Origin: Octopus vulgaris
Taxonomy: Eukaryota
Reading direction: 5' to 3'
Length of the DNA stretch: 64,000 nt
Assembly (NCBI GenBank): GCA_951406725.2
Contig: OX597827.1
Coordinates: 70,184,001 to 70,248,000, forward strand
Position numbers and translations under genes: made by a program
The notes under the pieces: generated by a model
Seen by the model: only the letters and a program-made list of their open reading frames with translations
What the model was told of the DNA's origin: nothing
The model's database searches: none
Shown here: positions 1 through 11,517 of the stretch, in pieces
How the letters are laid out: the number at the start of each line of letters is the position of its first letter
Numbering within the stretch: the stretch's first letter is position 1

Positions 1-121
1 TTAAATTTTGCTTCAAATGTCACCTGTTGTAATGAAGAAATCGCTACACATTTGTCAGTGGCGTGGTATTGGTTTCGGGCGTCCTATGCGGTAGCGAAAT
101 TGGACGCCCCCTTCTAAAAAT

Positions 122-330
122 GGAATCTTTACCTTCTGACCTACAGATTTAAAATATAATTTTTTTGTAACTAAACACTTTCAAACTTCGGACACTGGTA
201 GAATGTGTCATATAAAATATGTTTTATTCTTAGCATTTTTGAGAAAAACTTATATTTATGAAGTAATTTCACATTAAAGTTCTCCTATTTCAGTAATTTC
301 AACCAATCAATGACGTGTATTCAGCTGAAT
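122..330 (-). mobile_element. Diverged partial copy of the GGATC-TIR MITE family (see 29773-30184)
   Basis: 'taactaaacactttcaaacttcg..ctggtagaatgtg' matches 18757-18800 and the reverse complement of about 30100-30140. Confidence 0.6.
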
Positions 331-556
331 AAAATTACTGCCGTTGTACGAACTTTCCGGACAACCCAATACTTTCTACTACGCAAACGTATTTATAATA
401 AAATACTCGCCTGTGCAGCCGGCATACCCCACGGGATGACACTGACATTCAACAAGGCAAAATCTGTGTGTGCTAATCAATGTTGTCTTAGGGGATGGGC
501 ACACTGAGTAGCCACCCGGGGTAGAGGGGACTCGCGAGTTTAGGGTTCCAATTCTA

Positions 557-765
557 ATCTGACGGAATCGTTACCGCGCCGGACAAAATTCTTAACGGCA
601 TTTCTTCCGGCTCTTTACGTTCTCAATTCAAATGTTGTCCAAATCGATTTTGCCCTTCGTATCCTTTCGGGGGTCGATAAAATAGTACCAGTTGAACACT
701 GGGGGTCGATGTAATCGATTAACCCCTACCCTCAAAATTACTGACCCTGTACCCAAATTAGAAAA
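557..765 (+). mobile_element. Degenerate tRNA-derived SINE, family B variant (Meta-like central domain)
   Basis: 'tttacgttctcaattcaaat...cctttcgggggtcgataaaatagtaccagttgaacactggg' shared with family B copies; alternative 3' tail also seen at about 40030-40080 and 57700-57750. Confidence 0.7.
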
Positions 766-974
766 AAATATAATCAGTTTAGCTCCTTTAATGTTCCAAA
801 TCGTTCAGGTGGGTATCGACCTTCCGATAGTCACATACATCCCCACCACAGGTACCAATATTGATCACTTTGCCGACTCTTGCTCTATTAATTTAAGAAG
901 ATAAAAAAAAAGAGAAAAAGAGAAACATTTATTATTTAAAACATCACACTCTAGAAAAACCTTTAAGATTTTCA

Positions 975-1526
975 TCTTTCTTTTCTTTTAATCAATGTCA
1001 AATATTGATTCTTTTGGAACAGCCGCAAAATTGAGAATTTTCTTCAATTTTTTGTATGGAACAGGATGGTCCAAAAGTAGGTTTACAGTTATTCAACAAT
1101 CTCTTCCGCATTCATATATCAACAGTTTAGATTTTAATCTCTCTCTATATAAAGCTGAAGTTGTCTGTGTATGGCAGGTTTGGTAGCTTTTAACTAACAC
1201 TATCTCCTCCGAGACCCTGCGGCGCAAATTGACCAAAATTGAGAGTATGATAGAAGAAGGCTTGCTCTTCCTTCCGTAGAAGATAAAATTCAAATCGGAT
1301 CATGTTAACACCAAAAATTATTTACATAAAAAAGGTGCTTTTTTCTATGAAAATCCCTATTTTTTACGACTTTTCACTGCTGTGTCGCCATTTTCGGTGT
1401 ATTTCAACCAGAAAAATGTTCACTTAAAGAGAATAACAAGCTACATAATGCAAAATATTTACTTTTCAAAAATTCCAATTCTAAAGGATCGAAACAAAGC
1501 CGAGCAACGCCGGGCGATACTGCTAG
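975..1526 (+). mobile_element. Probable non-autonomous Helitron; 3' end clear, 5' boundary uncertain
   Basis: GC hairpin ccg-a-gc-aac-gc-cgg (1500-1513) followed by CTAG (1523-1526) then T, the canonical Helitron 3' terminus layout. Confidence 0.6.
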
Positions 1527-1820
1527 TTATAAAAAAAATATGAAACCATTACTCTATGCTAATTTAGTTAATTTTGTCAAGCTCCCTTTTCAGGGTGTAA
1601 GATAGAAATTTAAATGTAATAAAAAATTTTAAAGGAAATTTAAAGTGCCTACGTGATAACTGTAAACCTACTTTTGGGTCACCCTGTATTCAGTATTGTC
1701 AAAGGGTCCAGATGAAACGAAGTCCTTGACCGTTGTTCGCCAAACTTTGCTAAGTTCTCATTACTCTTTAAATTTAAAATTTGTAAAATAAAATAAGTTT
1801 GTGAAATGTTTCATTCTTCG

Positions 1821-1978
1821 CACAAGCGTAGCTAGAGTGTGTGCCGCCTGGGGCGGCCCTTCCGCTTGCTGACCCCGGACATCACATAAAACACATATTG
1901 CCTACAACAGACCCAAAAGTGGTACTTCTTTAAAAGTGGCGCCCGGGGTGAACCGCCCATACAGCCCGCCAGCTACTT
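1821..1978 (-). mobile_element. Degenerate copy of hAT-like MITE (family of 62868-63126); another relic at about 10275-10400
   Basis: 'cacaagcgtagctagagtgtgtgccgcctggggcggcccttccg' matches the reverse complement of the right end of 62868-63126. Confidence 0.6.
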
Positions 1979-2109
1979 TAGTGGTTATTAGAGATAATTC
2001 ACACTGAACTCGATAAAGTATCTATTCCAATAGTTCAGCATGAACTGGTTGGAACTAGTCGACCTGTTCGACTTCACATCAAGAGAGGTTATTAGTGGAT
2101 CACTTGGAG

Positions 2110-2240
2110 CCGGCGACAAACGATGACATCTCAACGGAAGAAGTCGTCAAAGCCATTGGTCGCTTGAAGAGCAACGAAACAGCAGAACTAGACGAGGTAT
2201 CTGTGAACTGTTTAAAGTATGGAGGAGGTGTTATTGCTTT
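2110..2240 (+). pseudogene. LINE ORF2 fragment (region upstream of RT, RTE-like)
   Basis: DISTEEVVKAIGRLKSNETAELDEVSVNCLKYGG resembles the 'EV..AI..LK..KA.G.D.I..E.LK.GG' pre-RT motif. Confidence 0.6.
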
Positions 2241-2572
2241 AGAGTTGGGGTCATCTTTGCAACTTAATAAATCTATCTCGAAAATACATAGTTTCTTTTA
2301 TTATTTATTTTCATTTGGCTTTGGTTTGCTTTTAATTGTTACGATTTTATACATGTTAACGTCTATGGGGTAGCAAGTTCAAAAGGAATTCTGTTCGACC
2401 ACTAAAAATAATAAAGTACTCAAAAATAAGTCTGAGAGTGAATGAAAAATAATTTAATCCGTAATAGTTAGTCCGACAAAATAGATATTGTTTCACCTGT
2501 GGTTCATTGAATTCCCGACGAGCCATGGGCGAACGAAACTGAATATATAAATTCTCGAACTAAGGATTATGG

Positions 2573-2627
<55 letters not shown>

Positions 2628-2926
2628 TCTTTTACTTGTTTCAGTTATTTGACTGCGGCTAAGCTGGAGCACCGCCTTGAAAGGCTTTTAGTCGAACAAA
2701 TCGACCTCAGGACTTATTTTTTAACGCTGCTACTTATTGTATTGGTCAGGACGTAAATACACCATCGCCGGTTGTCAAGCGGTTATGGGGAACAAACACA
2801 GACACAAAGACAAACACACATATATACATCCACACACACATATATGGATCAAAACAGTTTGATTCGAATTCGTTGGTACGCTTGAGTTTCAAGCACGATG
2901 CTAGTCGCCAGCCATTTTGAATTTGA

Positions 2927-3100
<174 letters not shown>

Positions 3101-3854
3101 ACAACGGGCTTTTTCAGTTTCCGTCTACCAAATCCATTCACGAGGCCTTGGTCGGCCCGAAGCATGGCTGCAGTCAAATGACTGAAAAGAGTAAAAAGAG
3201 TAATACATATATACATATATATTTATATAAATATATACGTGCATGTATTTATGTATAAACACACAAACACACACATACACTCACAGGTATATGACAACCA
3301 TTGTATAAATAGACATCATCTGCATTGGCTTTAAGAACAGGATAAGAAGGCTACAACGAAGCATTGCATATATTAAAATGTATTTGAAATATTAAAATAA
3401 TTCATATCGGAATATTGATGTGTTAAAAGAACACGTGTGGAAACCTTACTTCGCAGGCGATTGATCACATTTATTGCACGGATGTCACAAGATTATGTAG
3501 GATAATTTAATATGGCGGCACAGCAGCTGCAATGAGATGTACTTAGGCGCCCGAATTTCCACCTCTAACGAGAGTTGGATAAAAAAGAGAATAGAAATGT
3601 AAAAGGTAAGAATAGATATAAAAGTTTGTGTGTAAACATGTAAAGTGTGTTTGGCTGTCACAAAAAAACAATCATACTGTGATTGAGTGTTTTTTTACGA
3701 GTGATAAAAATGCTTTTATTTGTATATATCGACAGTGGAATCATTACGGCAATGGCGGCGAACGTAAGACATGTGTTTCAACAGTGAGACGCCACGGATT
3801 TTTACGTGACACGTGCCTTTGAAAAAAACCATATCTCTAAGCATGGGTGGAAGG

Positions 3855-4575
3855 GTTATGCAGTTAAGAAGCTCGTTTCGCAACCATTGCGGTTTCTGGT
3901 TCAGTCCCACTGCGCGGCACTTTGGGCAAGTGTCTTCTACTGTAGTTCTCGATCAGTGCTTAGTAAGTTTGGTTGACGGAAACTGTGTGGAAGCTGTGTA
4001 AAGGCTGTTAGCTGGCAGAATTTCGTCTGTGTGTAGCCCCTTGTGAGCAGTAAAGAAATACGTATTTCGTCTGCTGCTACATTCTGAGTTCAAATTCCGC
4101 TGAGGTCGACTTTGCCTTTCATCCTTTCGGGGTCGATTAAATAAGTACCAGTTACACACTGGGTCGATATAATCGACTTAATCCCTTTGTCTGACTTTGT
4201 TTGTCCCCTCTGTGTGTAGCCCCTTGTGGGTAGTAAAGAAATAGGTATTTCGTCTGCCGCCGAGGAAACTGTGTGGAAGCCGTTGTACGTCGTATGTATG
4301 AATATATGCATGTATACATACGCGCACACATCTTTATACATACATGTATCTATGTATGGTATGTATATATGTATAATATATGTATGTATATGCATGTATA
4401 TTATATGTATGTATGTACGTATGTGTGTGTATATATATAAATATATACATTGTGTGCGTGCGCGTCTTTGTGTTTTATCCCTCTCCTCGCTTGACTAGTG
4501 CTGGTTTGTTTGCGTTCCCATAATGTAGCAGTTTGGCAAAAAAATGCAATAGAATAAGAAGTAGACTTAGAAAAG
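3855..4575 (+). mobile_element. Degenerate family A SINE carrying a nested family B SINE concatemer (about 3995-4263)
   Basis: Family A head and tail flank the insert; 17-bp TSD ggaaactgtgtggaagc at 3978-3994 and 4264-4280. Confidence 0.8.
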
Positions 4576-5189
4576 GATCTCAGATCAAGTCACTTGTTAT
4601 GCAAGTACATGTCCGTAATCTATAATTTTCTCAATAAAGCCAAGAGAAAAACATGTTTTATAAACACATTCCATCAGTATACGAAGTTTAAAAGTGTTTA
4701 GCTACGTGGAAATTATTTTTAAAAACTGCCGTTCAAACTGAAAAGATCCCGTTGAACTGTCCAATCTGGACGCCGACATGCCGGAAAACAACAACGTCAA
4801 CAACCAGGCCGTAAGATTAAAAACGGTTTTGTTTTGTATCTGTTACATTTTTCATGTAAACAAACTTGGTGAGTGAGAGCGCAGTCAGTCTTTTTCGCTC
4901 ACTTCATCAGTTATTACAAAATGCAACGAAACGAAAAGCATGACTAACAAATGAATAAATAAACTTAAATCATTGAAGAAACAAAAAAGAAAGGAAGGAA
5001 GGAAGGAAAACGGAAAGAAATTGTGTGTGAGAGTTCTAATTTTAATTTAGTTCTGTCAATGACCTGTTGACGTTATTGTTCGATTTCTGCTTTTATTGTG
5101 TTCGTTCAAAGTTCTCAGGTTTAATTTAATGGAAAATACGCCAAACGACAGTTTCTTTATTGGTAATAGAGACTTTAAAAATAATAATT

Positions 5190-6201
5190 TTTTTTCAATT
5201 TTTGCCAGAAGGGCAGCTGGGGGGAGGTAGGGATGAGTCGATTACATCGACTCCAGTGTTCAACTGGTACTTATTTCATTGACCCCAAAAGGAGGAAAGG
5301 CAAAGTCAACTTCGGCGGAATTTGAACTCAGAACGTAGCGACGAGCGAAATACCTATTTCTTTATTACCCACAAGGGGCTAAACATAGAAGGGACAAACA
5401 AGGACAGACATAGGTATTAAGTCGATTACATCGACCCCAGTGCGTAACTGGTACTTATTTTATTGACCCCAAAAGGAGGAAAGGCAAATTCGAACTCGGC
5501 GGAATTTGAACTCAGAACGTAACCGCAGACGAAATACCTATTTCTTTATTACCTACAAGGGGCTAAACATAGAGGGGACAAACAAGGACAGACATACGTA
5601 TTAAGTCGATTACATCGACCCCAGTGCGTAACTGGTACTTATTTAATCGACCCCGAAACGATGAAAGGCAAAGTCGACCTCGGCGGAATTTGAACTCAGA
5701 ACGTAACCGCAGACGAAATACCGCTAAGCATTTCGCCCGGTGTGCTAACGATTCTGCCAGCTCACCGCCTTCCAAACATTTATTTCTTTATTGCCTACAA
5801 GGGGCTAAACATACAGGGGACAAACAAGGATAGACAAAAGGGATTAAGTCGATTAGATCAACCCCCAATGCGTAAATTGTACTTATTTAAATTGTACCCC
5901 GAAAGGATGAAAGGCAAAGTCGACCTCGGTGGATTTTGAACTCAGAACTTAAGAGCAGACGAAATACCTATTTCTTTACTACCCTCAAGGGGCTAAACAC
6001 AGAGGAGACAAACAAGGATAGACAAACGGATTAAGTCGATTATATCGACCCCAATGTGTAACTGGTACTTAATTTATCGACCACGAAAGGATGAAAGGCA
6101 AAGTCGACCTCGGCGGAATTTGAACTCAGAACGTAAGAGCAGACGAAATATCGCTAAGCATTTCGTCCGGCGTCCAAACGATTCTGCCAGCTCGCCACCC
6201 T
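5190..6201 (-). mobile_element. Array of five family B tRNA-SINE units (trimer plus dimer)
   Basis: About 185-bp units with B-box (gttcaaat on minus), 'gcctttcatcctttcggggtcgat..taagtaccag' core and 'aaagaaata' tail; dimer 5781-6201 flanked by TSD ccgccttccaaacatt (5765-5780, 6202-6217). Confidence 0.9.
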
Positions 6202-6536
6202 CCGCCTTCCAAACATTAAAATAATAATAGTTTGAGAACTTTCCAACAAAATTCTTGTCTCCTTTCCTTCTTTCATTCCTTCTCTTTCCCCATTTGCATT
6301 TCTCTCGCAGTCTGCCTCTTTCTTTTCTTCTTTCTTCCTATCTTTTGTGTGATTCTTCGCTTCTACTCTCTATTTTTCTTTCTTTCTTTTATTCTTTCTT
6401 CATTTTATCTTTCATTCCTTATTTCTATTCCATCACTTTAGTCCTTTTTTATTTTCCGACAGGAAGAAATTGAGCTGTGGAACTCGAAAGACGGGGTCTA
6501 AACCCTTAAGCATGAAGTCACTTCTTCTCCTCCACA

Positions 6537-6830
6537 TTGATAGGTCATAGCTCCGGTAATACGGACATGTGGATTAGAATGCCGTGGAGAAGAACCTCAA
6601 GACAGATTCTCCAAGACGAATCAACCGGCCGTAGGCGCAGACTACCTCGGGACAGACCACGAACGAAATGGTTGAATAATATAGTATCAGTTGGGTTATA
6701 CTTGGGAATCCAGCAGAAATGTTTTAATGACGGTTGCTTCTGATATGATGCTGTGGAAGAGGTGCCTGAAGACAATAATCCAATGAGTCTCCCAGGAACG
6801 GAGAGTGGCGTAAACGGATAGATGGGTTAA
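6537..6830 (+). pseudogene. Decayed RTE-type LINE 3' end
   Basis: RMP..R..RQIL....GRR..PRDRPRTKWLNNI resembles the RTE ORF2 C-terminal 'RPRGRP..RW.D.I' motif. Confidence 0.55.
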
Positions 6831-6940
6831 AATTCTACTGACTTTGATAGTTCTTCATTTTTACTTACTTTCAACCAACGTAACGACACCACGCACGCGC
6901 ACAAACGCTGTTTGTCCGTGTGTGTGTCTGTTTGTCTCTG

Positions 6941-7479
6941 TCCTCCTCCTCCTTCTTCCTCTTCTTCTTCTTCTTCTACTTCTTCTTCTTCTTCTTCCTC
7001 CTCCTCCTTCTTCTTCTCCTCCTCCTCCTTCTTCTTCTTCTTCTCCTCCTCCTCCTCCTTCTTCCTATCTTCCTTTCCTCCTCCTCCTCCTCCTCCTCCT
7101 TCTCCTTCTCCTTCTTCTTCTTCTTCTTCTTCTTCTTCTTCTTCTTCTTCTTCTTCTTCTTCTTCTTCTTCTTCTTCTTCTTCTTCTTCTTCTTCTTCTT
7201 CTTCTTCTTCTTCTTCTTCTTCTTCTTCTTCTTCTTCTTCTTCTTCTTCTTCTTCTTCTTCTTCTTCTTCTTCTTCTTCTTCTTCTTCTTCTTCTTCTTC
7301 TTCTTCTTCTTCTTCTTCTTCTTCTTCTTCTTCTTCTTCTTCTTCTTCTTCTTCTTCTTCTTCTTCTTCTTCTTCTTCTTCTTCTTCTTCTTCTTCTTCT
7401 TCTTCTTCTTCTTCTCTTCTTCTTCTTCTTCTTCTTCTTCTTCTTCTTCTTCTTCTTCTTCTTCTTCTTCTTCTTCTTC
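6941..7479. repeat. (CCT)n/(CTT)n tract, about 370 bp nearly pure (CTT)n
   Basis: Direct reading; one phase shift near 7415. Confidence 0.97.
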
Positions 7480-8057
7480 AGGGCTTGTAGCACTAAATTT
7501 TCCACTCCTCATCGCAATCGTCGAACTTGATTCAAACATTTCCATCAACTGATTATTGCTCACAAAGACCATCATCAATTCTTTCCGATTCTCGGTTTCA
7601 ACGTTTCCTTTTACAAAAAAATTAAACGTCGCGGGGTAAAAATAAAACCTCACGATGGATTATCTCCCCTGTTTTTCGACCTGAAACACATAACAGCCAA
7701 ATCTCCCTCAAATCACACTCTACTGTCTTGAAATGGAGAAGACACACAAGATAATGTGGTCCTAGATTTACAACGTGGCTGAAAAACGAAAGAGAAGTTG
7801 ATCACAGCTTGAAAACCGGCAAGAAGCGTTGGTGCCACTTTGGCGTGTGATCAACAAGGGAGATTACTGTAGTACATACTTAGCATTGTAACTGTATTTT
7901 TTCAAAATTCTTACTATTTCTGGAGATGTACTTGCATAGCGAGTGACTTGATCTGAGATTCTGTGCTGGAACGAAAACAATTGCAGCGTGGAAGGTGTTT
8001 ATAAGCCATTTAAGAAACACACAAAACCGTTAGATTCACTTCAACATATAAATTTAA

Positions 8058-8108
8058 TTTGTCAAAATATTTTCGTCGCTTTGAGACCGCGACCTGTTCA
8101 CTGACAAA
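8058..8108 (-). ncRNA. Minimal type I hammerhead-ribozyme-like motif, G3-C8 variant, in a Penelope-like terminal repeat (about 7925-8130)
   Basis: Minus strand: tttgtca-GTGAACA-g-gtcgc(ggtctcaaa)gcgac-GAAA-atat-TT-tgacaaa; 7-bp helix I, 5-bp helix II, palindromic helix III. Confidence 0.6.
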
Positions 8109-8147
8109 GCTTCGTGCTGCATCTGAGAAAGTAACAGTTAGTTCATG

Positions 8148-8221
<74 letters not shown>

Positions 8222-8630
8222 GTGTGTATGTATGTATGTACCAGTAATAAGAAAACCATGTTTCATTTGTCTTAGTAAATGAGAAACCAAGAAAAAACAA
8301 TATCATAATTAAAATAAGCACGTAGATCACCCATCAAAGTAAATTTGCTCAGGTAGATCACACGGCAAAGTAATCTCCCTTTAAATTGTAGATCACACGC
8401 CAAAGTGACACCCAAATTTCGTTCCCACACTTATACTGGGATCGACGTAATCGTCTAATCCCCATTCCCCCACCCTAAATTTGCTGGCTTTGCTCCAAAA
8501 TACGAAATGATAATATAGGTATTTTACACACACACACACATAATCACATTTATATATATACACATATATACGACGGACTACTTTCGATTTCCGTCTACCA
8601 AATCCACTTGGTTGACCCGAAGCTAAAGTA

Positions 8631-8880
8631 TTGGATTGGTGCATAATCATTGCGGCTTTTTTTCAACAAAATTTATTCAACAAAAACAGTAACAACATGT
8701 AACTAAAACATCTTTAAAGGATTATTCCGGAGCATATTCACCATCTACTTCAATTACTGCTTCCCATTTGCTTGGCAGAGACCGTCATTTAAAGATGGTT
8801 TTGTTAAATATTGTTATTGTTTTTGTTGATAAAAATTTGTTAAAAAAAAATAAAGCCGCAATAATTATGCACCAACCCAA
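8631..8880 (-). mobile_element. Mariner-derived MITE inserted in a family A SINE (about 8570-8981, minus)
   Basis: TIRs ttgg(a/g)ttggtgcataat(c/t)attgcggcttt similar to Hsmar1/MADE1 TIRs; TA at both ends; internal minus-strand LPSKWEAVIEVDGEY matches a mariner C-terminus. Confidence 0.85.
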
Positions 8881-9207
8881 TAGAAGACACTTACTACCCA
8901 AGGTGACACGCAGCGGAACTGAACGCGGAACTGCGTGGTTGGGAGGCAAGCTTCTTACCATACGGCCACTCCTGCGCCTATGATATTTAATTATAGAAAT
9001 ACCATGGGACTGTCTTTTTTTTGTTTTTTTTTTTACATGGAGGTGCAGTAGAGAGTAAAATGGGAATAAAAAATGATTGAGAGCTACTTTACGGGGAAGA
9101 GAAAGAGAGAAAATGGGGGGGGGGTGATCCGTCTTCGATTATTTCGATTATTTCATGTGAAAATGAAAGCAATGAAAAGCTAATAGATAAACAAATAAAC
9201 AAATAGA

Positions 9208-9255
<48 letters not shown>

Positions 9256-9484
9256 GATCTTAGATTTTTTTTTTTAAAAACTGTGTCAATGACCTGTTGA
9301 TATATTTATTGATAATTGTTGTTACTTTGTGCCGTTCGACTTTTTCGGGTTTGAAAATAAAGAAGAAAAAAAATCTGGAAAACACCTTCAAACAAAAGTT
9401 CTTTTATTTTGGGATGGAATCCGTTAAAATCGTTGAAGAACTTTCCAACAAAAATAAATCTTGTCTCTATTTCATCCCCACAAG

Positions 9485-10235
9485 TCTTTCTCTCTTTCTT
9501 TCTTTCCTCCTTCCGTTTGGTCTTTTTCTTTCTCTTTCGCTCTTTATCTTTTTTCTATTTCTTTACATTTCTTCCTTTCTTTGTTTTCTCTCTTCCTTTC
9601 ACTCTTTCTGTCCTTTCCTTCGTTCCTTTCCTCTTCTTCTTTTCTTTCTTTCTTTCTCTTTTTCTTGACTCTTTTTTATCATTCATTCTTTCCTCCTTCC
9701 CCTTGTTCTTTCTTTTCTTTATTTTTTCTCTTTACCCCTTTATCTTTCTTTTCTCCCTCTCATTCCTTCTGTACTTCTTTCCTTTTTCTTTCTTTCTTCC
9801 TTCCTTCCATCCTTTCTTCCTTCGTTCCTTTCTTTCTTTTTTCTTTCCTCCTTACTTTTGTTCTTTTTATTTTTCTTTCTCTCTTTATCTTTCTCTATTT
9901 CTTTACATTTCTTCCTTTCTTTTTCTTTCTTTCTTTGTTTTCTCCCTTCCTTTCACTCTTTCTGTCCTTTCTTTTGTTCCTTTTCTCTTTCTTTTTTCTT
10001 TCTTTCTTTCTTTCTCTCTTTTCTTGCCTCCTTTCTTTCCTCCTTCTCCTTGTTCTTTCTTTTCTTTATTTTCTCTCTTTACCCCTTTATCTTTCTTTTC
10101 TCCCTTTCATTCCTTCTGTACTTCTTTCCTTTTTTCTTTCCTTCCTTCCTTCCATCCTTTCTTTCTTTCTCGCTTCTTTCTTCCTTCGTTCCTTTCTTTC
10201 TTTCTTTCTTCCACTCATTCATTTTCATTTCCTTC
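9485..10235. repeat. CT-rich low-complexity tract with an internal diverged duplication of about 340-360 bp
   Basis: 'ctctttatcttt..ctatttctttacatttcttcctttct' at about 9540 and 9880; 'tctctttacccctttatctttcttttctccct' at about 9727 and 10074. Confidence 0.85.
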
Positions 10236-10881
10236 TCCCACCCCCGCCCCACTACAAACTCTACCAATAACATAGCATAGGGTGTGTGCCGCCCGATATA
10301 ACCCCTTGAATTTCCCCCACCCCAACTCTTCTTCCTCGGGGTGGGGCGAGGGCTATACAGCCTACACAAGCTTATACAGCTGACCCCCAAATGTGCCGCG
10401 CTCGTAATAGCATTGCTTGGGAAAGCCTCAGCCTTCCCCCCATGCCCTTCCCCTCCACCTATGTTACTATGAGCCTTTCTTCCTCTCTTATCCTTCTTCT
10501 TTGTTCTCCTTTTGCCCTTCTCTCTTCCCTCTGCTCTTCTTTCGTCCATTTTCTCCTTAATTCCTTCCGTTCTTCCTATGTTTATTCTCCAACCCTTCGT
10601 CCTTCCTTCTTTCTATCCTTAATACTTCTGCTATTCTTTGTTTCTGCCCTATTTCTAGTTTCCATCCTCTAATACTTTCTCTCCTTTATCGACGTTACTT
10701 CTTCCGTCTTCTTCTTCTTCTTCTTCTTCTTCTCCTCCTCCTCCTCCTCTTCCACTCCTTCCTATGCCTCTTCTTCTTCTTCTTCTTCTTCTTCTTCTTC
10801 TTCTTCTTCTTCTCCTTCCTATCTATTTTTCTTTCCATCATCATCTTCTTCTTCTTCCACTCCTTACTATGCTTCTTCTTC

Positions 10882-10913
<32 letters not shown>

Positions 10914-11018
10914 CTTCTTCTTCTTCTTCTTCTTCTTCTTCTTCTTCTTCCTTCTGTTCTCCAGCCTTCACCTCCTCATCTTCATCTACCTGTTCTCTTT
11001 CTTCCACCTCCTCTTCAC

Positions 11019-11060
<42 letters not shown>

Positions 11061-11126
11061 TCTTCCCCACTCCTTTTTCACTTGCCTATATATATTTCCG
11101 CTATTTAAAAAAATTCTATCTACACA

Positions 11127-11156
11127 ATCTATCTATCTATCTATCTATCTATCTAA

Positions 11157-11187
<31 letters not shown>

Positions 11188-11252
11188 ACTATCTATCTAT
11201 CTAACTATCTATCTATCTACCTACATACCTATCTATCTATCTACCTACCTAC

Positions 11253-11283
<31 letters not shown>

Positions 11284-11318
11284 CCTACCTACCTACCTAC
11301 CTACCTATCTATCTATCA

Positions 11319-11402
<84 letters not shown>

Positions 11403-11412
11403 GTCTATCTAT
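11127..11412. repeat. (TATC)n/(TACC)n microsatellite
   Basis: Direct reading. Confidence 0.95.
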
Positions 11413-11477
11413 ATAAGTTGAAATAGCATTTCAGTTAAAGAAAGAATTTAATAAAAGGTTATATAAATAAGAATATT

Positions 11478-11517
11478 AATATTACCGGTTTCGATGTATT
11501 TCCTCTTATCAAATATT
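11478..11517 (-). ncRNA. Minimal hammerhead-ribozyme-like motif, U3-A8 variant, Penelope-like end
   Basis: Minus strand: aatat-TTGATAA-ga(ggaaataca)tc-GAAA-ccgg-TA-atatt. Confidence 0.5.

Noticed and set aside
6844-7653. Long poly-L/S/F/K/R ORFs
   Set aside because: Artefacts of the (CTT)n tract
9297-10280. Phe/Leu/Ser-rich membrane-protein-like ORFs
   Set aside because: CT low-complexity DNA lacking stop codons
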